Shown piece by piece: positions 1-6,768 of a stretch of DNA of 40,217 nt. A program made the translations under genes and the position numbers. Origin of the DNA: an uncultured Bacilli bacterium (lineage in GTDB: Bacteria > Bacillota_I > Bacilli_A > RF39 > UBA660); the NCBI GenBank assembly GCA_944372205.1, contig CALVYM010000001.1:1-40217 (forward strand). The letters are read 5' to 3'. Position 1 is the first letter of the stretch. The number at the start of each line of letters is the position of its first letter. Under the pieces are notes generated by a model. The model saw only the letters and a program-made list of their open reading frames with translations, did not search any database and was not told the DNA's origin.

Positions 1-218
1 ACTTCTTTTAACCATGGATAACTTTTACAAACTTTTGGTATTTCTTTTATTTGTTCATAACATGATAAAGAAATACCTGTTTCTTTATAGCTATTTATTT
101 TCTCTTCTAAAAAATGATTATATACAAATCTAGAGCAACCGATGGTTTGATTGATTAAATTTTTTTGTTCATTATTAGGATATAATCTAAATTGATAACC
201 TTTTAAAATAGTAGTCAT
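1..218 (-). mobile_element. tnpB: 5' part of an IS200/IS605-family tnpB (IS1341-type OrfB, RNA-guided endonuclease TnpB); the gene runs off the window edge
   Basis: Absent from the ORF track because it is cut by the window edge. Translating the minus strand from the ATG at 218 gives MTTILKGYQFRLYPNNEQKNLINQTIGCSRFVYNHFLEEKINSYKETGISLSCYEQIKEIPKVCKSYPWLKEV. This is the classic TnpB N-terminus (K.Y.FRLYPN.EQ, GC.RFVYN, PWLKEV). SD AGGAGGA is at 227-233. Confidence 0.85.
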
Positions 219-242
219 ACCAAATTTCCTCCTTGTAAATCA

Positions 243-271
243 AGCATAACAAACACTAGTTTGGATGTCAA
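243..271 (-). promoter_or_regulatory. Sigma-70-type promoter upstream of tnpB
   Basis: Minus strand reads TTGACA (266-271), a 17-nt spacer, then TATGCT (243-248), just upstream of the tnpB SD and ATG. Confidence 0.45.
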
Positions 272-313
272 TGGTTTTATTTAAAAAAGAGACTATCTAT
301 TATATAAAAAAAT

Positions 314-1155
314 TTATCTAAAAGTTACTCTTAAAGGGATAAATAAATCGTTACTATTAATTATGCTTTCTAATATTGCACTAGCTTTATGACTACAATT
401 ACTACCTACTAAATACTTACTAATTAATGTATTTAATTCTAATCTTGTATTATCACTAGATAAAGTCATAATACTTCTAAGTAAATATTTAAGGAAGTTA
501 TAATAATCACTTTCTTTATTTAATTCTTCATCATTTTGATTAATTATTGTTCAATCAATGTTTTAAATCTATCTTTTAAAATATTATCTTTATACATCGT
601 ATGAAATTTATCATCAATATTATACATTCCTTTTGTACAATCACTATAGATTAATGGATGCTTGAAAACTTCAAAATTATTGTTAAGTAATTCTTGTTCA
701 ACACCAGAAACTAAATAACTAATATGATATAAAAAGTTATTAGAGCCTTCTTTACTTGCAATGCTTAAAGCTAACATAAATTCATCAATTATTAAATAAT
801 GCTTTAATGAATTATTATAACCGTTTTTACTTAAGAATGTAGAATCTATTGTTGATAATTCATTTATTAGTCTAATTGTTACTTGTTTTTCTATTTCTAA
901 TTTTTTAGTAGATATAAATACTCCTCTTTCTAAAAAGGGATATTTAGCTCTTAATTCTTGTATTAATGTATTAATTTGATTATTATGAATTGCATGAAAA
1001 CTTATTATATCTTCTTCTTTTTTTCTTTCTCTTTTTAATTCTTCTATTGCTCTTTTATATTCTATACTATTTTTCTTATCAATACTATCTAAATATTCTA
1101 ATCTTTGATACAAAGTTCTAATATATGATGCTATATCAATTAAATCACTTATCAT
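314..1155 (-). pseudogene. Fourth tandem member (type A) of the uncharacterised helical paralog family, disrupted by a frameshift
   Basis: The track ORF 544-1155 (203 aa) stops at ...DRFKTLIEQ*. A different frame continues from 544 to the TAA at 314-316 for 76 codons: INQNDEELNKESDYYNFLKYLLRSIMTLSSDNTRLELNTLISKYLVGSNCSHKASAILESIINSNDLFIPLRVTFR. This aligns with the C-terminal third of the intact paralog 1960-2784 (...NFIEYYTNLKYILIAI...RFLKVTFEV). The shift must lie within 544-552, in CAATAA. Confidence 0.75.
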
Positions 1156-1973
1156 TAATTCCTCCTTCTAGCTCCTATTGTTATGTATATAGGTATCAAT
1201 TTATCTTCTTCTTTATGTTTTAAAATTTCTTTAAATGGTTCTTTATTAATAGGTAATTTATCATTATCAATAATACCTTGAATCATCATAATTAATTCTT
1301 CATTAGTTGATAATACTATTAATGAACGAAGCATAACTTGTTCATATAAAATAGCTGCATTATCACTATTACTTAATACATGATTTACTAATTCTCTAAA
1401 ATGTTTAATAAATTCCGATTCGATTTCTTGTTCTTTAGCTAAGTCATGTAATTCCCAAGGTAAATTATAGATAGCTTTAAAATTATCTGTAATCATTGTT
1501 GGATTACTATTAGCAATAAAATTATTATCAATCATTTCTTTTTCTATAACACTTGGAGAAATAAATACTATATCGTATTTTAAATTAATAATATTGGTAT
1601 CTTTATGTTTTTCTAAATACTCATCAAGCATTCTAAGAGCTAAAGATAAAGAATCAATATAAACACCCATAGCAATATTTATATTATAATTAGTACTTCT
1701 ATTTTCTTTGATATTTATATTAAATTTAGTTAAATATCTACACATTAGCATATTATCTATCTTGCAATCTTCTATAAACTTAATAGCTTCATCTTTTTTA
1801 CCAAAATCTACTATTCTTTTAATAACAATTTTTTCCCATTCTATTTTTCTTTTTAATTCAGTAAGTATTTTTTGATATTCAATACTATCTTTATTACTAT
1901 CTAACTTTATTAAACCATTATATAATTCTTGAATAAAGCCACCAAGGATTAATAGTTCTTTAATATCTTCCAT
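1155..1973 (-). CDS. Uncharacterised helical paralog family, member 3 (type B)
   Basis: Track ORF 1155-1985. I prefer the ATG at 1973 (MEDIKELL...) because the TTG at 1985 lies inside the SD GAGGTG. It shares the family N-terminal motif (K[ND]S.EY...L.ELK) and the C-terminal LIPIYI motif. Its stop overlaps the next start (TAATG at 1155). Confidence 0.7.
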   Translation of the reverse strand: MEDIKELLILGGFIQELYNGLIKLDSNKDSIEYQKILTELKRKIEWEKIVIKRIVDFGKKDEAIKFIEDCKIDNMLMCRYLTKFNINIKENRSTNYNINIAMGVYIDSLSLALRMLDEYLEKHKDTNIINLKYDIVFISPSVIEKEMIDNNFIANSNPTMITDNFKAIYNLPWELHDLAKEQEIESEFIKHFRELVNHVLSNSDNAAILYEQVMLRSLIVLSTNEELIMMIQGIIDNDKLPINKEPFKEILKHKEEDKLIPIYITIGARRRN

Positions 1974-2784
1974 TTGGCACCTCAAAAGTTACTTTTAAAA
2001 ATCTTTGCCTTTTTCTATTTGTTATTATATCATTTAATAATTCCTTTGATTTATTTTTGCTATTTATTAAATATTGATTAGTTAGTTCATCTAAATCTTT
2101 TAATAAACTATTACTACATAAAGAATAAATAGCTATTAAAATATATTTTAAATTAGTATAATATTCAATAAAATTATTGATATCTTTATCACTGGCCATA
2201 ATAATTTTTTCTAATATTTTTTTATAGCGATATAAAAGTATTTTATCTTTATATTTTTCATGATATTCATCACTAATATTATATATATCCTTAATTGTTT
2301 CATTATAAATTATTGGATAAGTTGGAACTTCAAAATTATTAGTTAATAAAACTTGTTCAATATCTGGAACTAAAAAACCAATAAGAAATTTTAATCTAGG
2401 TGTATTATTTAAACTTAAAGATAATTCATCAATTGTTAGATATTGACTTAATCCATGTTCATAATCATATTTATTTAAAACTGTTTCAGAAGATATTAAT
2501 TCATTCATTAATCTTAGAGCTATAAGATATTCATCTTTCGTATCTTTTGGAGAAATAGAAATACCATTTTTTAAAAAAGGATATTCTTCTTTTAACTTTG
2601 TTTTTAATTCTCCAAAATGGTTGCGAAAAAGATTCAACATATCTTTTTCAACTTTTATTTCTTTTTCTAATTCTTTAATTAAATTATTATATTCTACTGA
2701 ATTCTTTTGATTATTTTCTTCTAAATATTCTATTTGTTTATATAAATATCTTATATAACTAATAACATATAATAAATCTGTCAT
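1960..2784 (-). CDS. Uncharacterised helical paralog family, member 2 (type A)
   Basis: 274-aa ORF with SD GAGGTGA. It shares YPFL..G..IS.K, RL.NEL, NNFEV and YKD.IL with the pseudogene 314-1155. It overlaps the next gene by 14 nt. Confidence 0.7.
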   Translation of the reverse strand: MTDLLYVISYIRYLYKQIEYLEENNQKNSVEYNNLIKELEKEIKVEKDMLNLFRNHFGELKTKLKEEYPFLKNGISISPKDTKDEYLIALRLMNELISSETVLNKYDYEHGLSQYLTIDELSLSLNNTPRLKFLIGFLVPDIEQVLLTNNFEVPTYPIIYNETIKDIYNISDEYHEKYKDKILLYRYKKILEKIIMASDKDINNFIEYYTNLKYILIAIYSLCSNSLLKDLDELTNQYLINSKNKSKELLNDIITNRKRQRFLKVTFEVPNGRY

Positions 2785-2787
2785 ATT

Positions 2788-3615
2788 TCACCTCGTTCTT
2801 ACATAAATTGGTATTCTTTGATCAAGTTCTAATTTATTTAATATTTCATTTATAAAAGTATGAGATTCATGATATGTTTCATCTTCCAATATGCTTTTTA
2901 AAGCATTAATGAAATTATCTTTATTAGTAACTTGGATAATTATTGCTCTAATAAAACTCATATTATAATAAATTAAATCATAATCAAAAGTATATAAAGC
3001 CAAAACAACAAGTACTTGAATTTTTTCTTTAAAAAGCTCAAATAAAATACTATCTTTATAAATATTATTTATATCATTTGGTATATAAAGAGAAAATAAT
3101 ATATCTGATGCAATCATAGGGTGTTCATTAATTTCATAATTACTAGCCATTATTTCTTCTTCTAGTTCTATATCTTTAATATCAAAATAAGAATAATAAA
3201 TAGATAAAATTAATTTATCTTTTAATTCTGGATGTTCTTTAATAGTTTCAGTAAGAATAGCTAATGATAAAAGATATGTTTCTTTTTCAACTGATGCTTT
3301 TAATGTATAATCAAAAGACTTTGATTGATTCATAGAATCAATTTTATTTAATATTCTTGCTAATATGACATCATCAAATTTACTTGCTTGCTTTTTTAAA
3401 TCATTTACATAACTTATTACTTCATTTACACCATATTTACTTAAAATATTTTTTAATACTTTATTTTCTGTTTCAATTAAATCTTTTAATTTATCTTTAA
3501 ATAATTGATACCTTAAAGAATTTTTAAAAATCTCTAGTTCTTCATCAATTAAAATTTCATAATATTCATGGATTAAATAAATAATTTTTTTTAATTCTAT
3601 TATATCTTCAAACAT
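2788..3615 (-). CDS. Uncharacterised helical paralog family, member 1 (type B), first gene of the array
   Basis: 275-aa ORF with a G-rich SD (AATGGGGGA) 5 nt before the ATG. The C-terminus is RIPIYVRTR, as in member 3. No signal peptide or TM segment. Confidence 0.7.
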   Translation of the reverse strand: MFEDIIELKKIIYLIHEYYEILIDEELEIFKNSLRYQLFKDKLKDLIETENKVLKNILSKYGVNEVISYVNDLKKQASKFDDVILARILNKIDSMNQSKSFDYTLKASVEKETYLLSLAILTETIKEHPELKDKLILSIYYSYFDIKDIELEEEIMASNYEINEHPMIASDILFSLYIPNDINNIYKDSILFELFKEKIQVLVVLALYTFDYDLIYYNMSFIRAIIIQVTNKDNFINALKSILEDETYHESHTFINEILNKLELDQRIPIYVRTR

Positions 3616-3641
3616 AAAAATCCCCCATTAAAGTAATGTAT

Positions 3642-3670
3642 ATATTAGCATAAAACAAATTATTTTTCAA
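3642..3670 (-). promoter_or_regulatory. Promoter of the four-gene paralog array
   Basis: Minus strand reads TTGAAA (3665-3670), a 17-nt spacer, then TAATAT (3642-3647). It lies in the divergent intergenic region shared with the RHH gene. Confidence 0.4.
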
Positions 3671-3748
3671 GAAAAAAGAGATTGTAATCAGGATAATTGA
3701 AACTAAAAACACTTAGTAGCAAAATGGTAGTATAATAGTGAGGTGTTT

Positions 3749-3901
3749 ATGGTTAATAGTCAGATTAGAGTTCCTGATGAATTATGGGATAAGTTAAAAG
3801 AAATTAGTGAAAAGGAAGAGCGAAGTATAAATGCCCAACTCATTTATATCCTAAAAAAATATATTGAGGAGTATGAGAGTAAATTAGAAAAAAATAAATA
3901 G
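3749..3901 (+). CDS. Small ribbon-helix-helix (Arc/CopG/MetJ-type) DNA-binding protein, 50 aa
   Basis: Too short for the ORF track. The product is MVNSQIRVPDELWDKLKEISEKEERSINAQLIYILKKYIEEYESKLEKNK. The pattern matches Arc-like repressors: a beta-strand (QIRVP), helix A, RS.N, then helix B. SD GAGGTG is at 3740-3745, TATAAT at 3731-3736, and a terminator hairpin follows directly. Confidence 0.75.
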   Translation: MVNSQIRVPDELWDKLKEISEKEERSINAQLIYILKKYIEEYESKLEKNK

Positions 3902-3902
3902 T

Positions 3903-3930
3903 AAAAACTTGTTTATAATTGCAAGTTTTT
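3903..3930. terminator. Bidirectional rho-independent terminator between the convergent RHH gene and clpC-like gene
   Basis: AAAAACTTG (3903-3911) pairs with CAAGTTTTT (3922-3930) around a 10-nt loop. A and T tracts flank the stem on both sides. The stop codon of the clpC-like gene (3913) sits in the loop. Confidence 0.6.
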
Positions 3931-6024
3931 TATACTATTTTTTTTATTATATTCAATATATTTATCTAAACCACGGAATCCTTGTTTTTGGTAATCAAAA
4001 TTTGATAAATCAATATCTTTGATATTTTTCTTATTTAAGTAGGCTTTTATATCATCTAATGTAATATCATTATATTCAATAATTGTATTAAATCTAGCTA
4101 TTAATTCTTTAGAAAAAGCAAAGTTATAATTAGTATTTGATTCCATGAAACCTATTTTTTTTGTTCCTTTAATATTACTTGTTGCAAAAATATAAGTGTT
4201 TTTAAAGTTAATTGGTTCACCTTTTGCATTAGTAATTATACCTTCATCAAGGATTTGTAAAAACAAATTTAAAACATTTGGAGATGCTTTTTCTATTTCA
4301 TCAATTAAAATACAAGTATATGGCTCCATTTTTATTTTATCGAATAATCCCCCATCTTCATAGCCGATGTAGCCTGCTGATGCACCAATAAGACGAGTTA
4401 TAGCAATTTCGGAATTAAATTCAGACATATCTATTTTTAAAAGGGGCATATTTAAAAATTTAGCAATTTTTTTTACGGTTTCTGTTTTACCTACTCCAGT
4501 TGAACCAGTAATCATAATTGATAATGGTTTTGTTTTATCATGATTAGTAATAGTAGTAATTATTTTTTTCATAGCATTTTCTTGAGCAAATATGTTATCA
4601 TTTAAATATTTTTCTAATGATGCAAAATCATATTTTAATATTGGAATATTATACTTACGACTTAATAAATTAGTAATATCTTTAGTAGTTATTTTACTTT
4701 GTTGCTTATTTAATTTGTTAATTTTATTAGTAATATTTAATTGTTCTTTATGAAGAAATAAAGCTTTTTTAAAATCATTTTCTTTAACCATTTCTTCTTT
4801 TTCTTTAATAATGTTTTTTTGAACATTTTTTAAATTATTTATTTTATTTAAAGAATAATTATCTACTTCTTTCATTGCACAAACGGAATCTAGAATATCT
4901 AGAGATTTATCAGGATTTTTTTTATCTACAATGTATGTAGTAGTAAGATTAACAATATCTTTAATATTTTCTTTAGTAATTTTAATATTGTAATGTTTTT
5001 CAAAAGATGGTTTTACTTTATTTAAAATATTGATTGTTTCTTCTTTGGTGGGTTCAAGCACTCTAATTAATTCAAACCTTCTTGTTAAAGCTTTATCTTT
5101 TAGGAAAAAATGATTATATTCATTAGTAGTTGTAGCACCAATAATTTTTATTTTGCCGCGGGCTAAATAGGGTTTTAGAATATCACTAGCATTTATGGCC
5201 CCTTCTGCTCCACCAGCATTAGTAATGGTATGAATTTCATCAATAAATAAAATTATATCTGGATTATTTTCTAATTCCTTAATTACTTTATTTAGTTTTT
5301 CTTCAAATTCCCCACGATATTTTGTTCCGGCGACTAGAGCCCCCATTTCTAAAGAAATTATTTTTTTATTTTGAATTAATGCGGGAACCTCTTTTCTTTT
5401 AATTCTTCTAACTAATTCTTCAACTATAGCTGTTTTACCTACTCCAGCATCTCCAACAAGTAAAGGATTATTTTTATTTTTTCTAATTAAAGTTTCAATA
5501 ATTAAAGATATTTCTTTATCTCTTCCTATTACTTGTTCATTCATATCAGTTGAATCCATTAAATCTTTACCAATATTAAGTATTTCTAACTTTTTAGTAC
5601 TTTTTTTTTCATTATTTTTTAATTCATCATATAATTTTTCTAAATTTATATCCATACCATATAGTAATCTTATAGCTATTCCTTCACCTTCTTCAAGTAA
5701 AGAAGTAAATAAATGAAGAGCATTTAGTTCTTCTTTTTTTTCATTTGCCTCTTCTAAGCTTAGGTTAATTATTCTTTTAAGTAATGGTGTATATAAAATA
5801 TAATTACTTTTTTTAGAAGAAGAACCTACAACTAAAATAAGTTCTTTACGAAATGCCTCATAAGTTAAATCATATTTTTTAGCTATATTACTAATAGTAG
5901 TAGAATTCTTTAATAAACTTAATAATAAATGCTCACTTCCCACATATGGGTGATGAAGTGATAACATTTCTTCTTCAGCACATTTAAATATTTTACTTAT
6001 TTCTAAACTATATTTATCAAACAT
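3913..6024 (-). CDS. clpC: ClpC/ClpE-like class I Clp/Hsp100 ATPase with two AAA+ modules
   Basis: Clp_N repeats (GSEHLLLSLL, EEGEGIAIRLL). D1 has Walker A GDAGVGKTAIVEEL and Walker B ILFIDEIHT, plus KYRGEFEEKL. D2 has Walker A GSTGVGKTETVKK and Walker B ILIDEIEKASPNVLNLFLQILDEG. An IGF tripeptide (KKIGFMES) sits where the ClpP-docking loop is expected. At 703 aa it is shorter than typical ClpC. Confidence 0.85.
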   Translation of the reverse strand: MFDKYSLEISKIFKCAEEEMLSLHHPYVGSEHLLLSLLKNSTTISNIAKKYDLTYEAFRKELILVVGSSSKKSNYILYTPLLKRIINLSLEEANEKKEELNALHLFTSLLEEGEGIAIRLLYGMDINLEKLYDELKNNEKKSTKKLEILNIGKDLMDSTDMNEQVIGRDKEISLIIETLIRKNKNNPLLVGDAGVGKTAIVEELVRRIKRKEVPALIQNKKIISLEMGALVAGTKYRGEFEEKLNKVIKELENNPDIILFIDEIHTITNAGGAEGAINASDILKPYLARGKIKIIGATTTNEYNHFFLKDKALTRRFELIRVLEPTKEETINILNKVKPSFEKHYNIKITKENIKDIVNLTTTYIVDKKNPDKSLDILDSVCAMKEVDNYSLNKINNLKNVQKNIIKEKEEMVKENDFKKALFLHKEQLNITNKINKLNKQQSKITTKDITNLLSRKYNIPILKYDFASLEKYLNDNIFAQENAMKKIITTITNHDKTKPLSIMITGSTGVGKTETVKKIAKFLNMPLLKIDMSEFNSEIAITRLIGASAGYIGYEDGGLFDKIKMEPYTCILIDEIEKASPNVLNLFLQILDEGIITNAKGEPINFKNTYIFATSNIKGTKKIGFMESNTNYNFAFSKELIARFNTIIEYNDITLDDIKAYLNKKNIKDIDLSNFDYQKQGFRGLDKYIEYNKKNSIKNLQL

Positions 6025-6060
6025 AGAATCCTCCCTATATTAATTCTATGTTAATAATGT

Positions 6061-6714
6061 TTATCTAGTCCCAAAATTATTCATATCTATATCGCTTTTA
6101 ATTTCTTTTTGACTACATGGATAGATTTTTAAAATGTTTGATGCTAACGAATAATTAAAATTATATAAAATACGATAGATATTTTTTAAATCTTTCATAA
6201 GTAAAGAGTTTTTAATTGTAACATCTAGGGAATTTGTTTTATCAGATATTTTTAAATGAGCACTAGTTAAAGGATAATTACCACTAGTTTTAATTTTACT
6301 TTTTTCTTTTATTACATCACTAGCAAAGTGAATTGTTTTTATTTCCTTATCTATAGTTGTAGCATAATATTCAGTAAAGTAATATTCAAATGTTTCATCT
6401 TCTTTTTTATCTCCCCAGATTATTTTTAAAGTATTTTCTAGAATAGAAATACTAATATTTAATTCTTTAGAAAATATTTCAATTTCACTATCTTTATCTA
6501 GGGAAGGATCCATAAATATTCTGGTACTTTTATTCTTTAATAAATTAAGTAATTGTCTTATAAATAATTCATCAATTATCCGTGGATTAACATTAAATAA
6601 AGCTAAAAACTTTTCAACTGGAATGGATAGTTCTTGAAGGCAAGCAAAAATTGATTTATCTTCTAAATCACATTTCTTATTAATAGAGTTAATTAATTTC
6701 CAAACTTCTCTCAT
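6061..6714 (-). CDS. Hypothetical cytoplasmic protein immediately upstream of the clpC-like gene
   Basis: Track ORF 6061-6756. The first 14 codons overlap the terminator of the upstream gene, so I prefer the ATG at 6714 (MREVWKLINS...). Neither start has a recognisable SD. A TATAAT 4 nt upstream of the ATG hints at a leaderless transcript. I recognise no motifs. Confidence 0.5.
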   Translation of the reverse strand: MREVWKLINSINKKCDLEDKSIFACLQELSIPVEKFLALFNVNPRIIDELFIRQLLNLLKNKSTRIFMDPSLDKDSEIEIFSKELNISISILENTLKIIWGDKKEDETFEYYFTEYYATTIDKEIKTIHFASDVIKEKSKIKTSGNYPLTSAHLKISDKTNSLDVTIKNSLLMKDLKNIYRILYNFNYSLASNILKIYPCSQKEIKSDIDMNNFGTR

Positions 6715-6737
6715 ATATTTATTATATATTAAAAAGC

Positions 6738-6768
6738 CCAAGAAAAAAAGAACCAAATTGGTTCTTTT
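6738..6768 (-). terminator. Rho-independent terminator after the distal YfcC-type carrier gene
   Basis: AAAAGAACC (6746-6754) pairs with GGTTCTTTT (6760-6768) around a 5-nt loop. A T-run follows on the minus strand. The hairpin starts at the stop codon. Confidence 0.65.
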
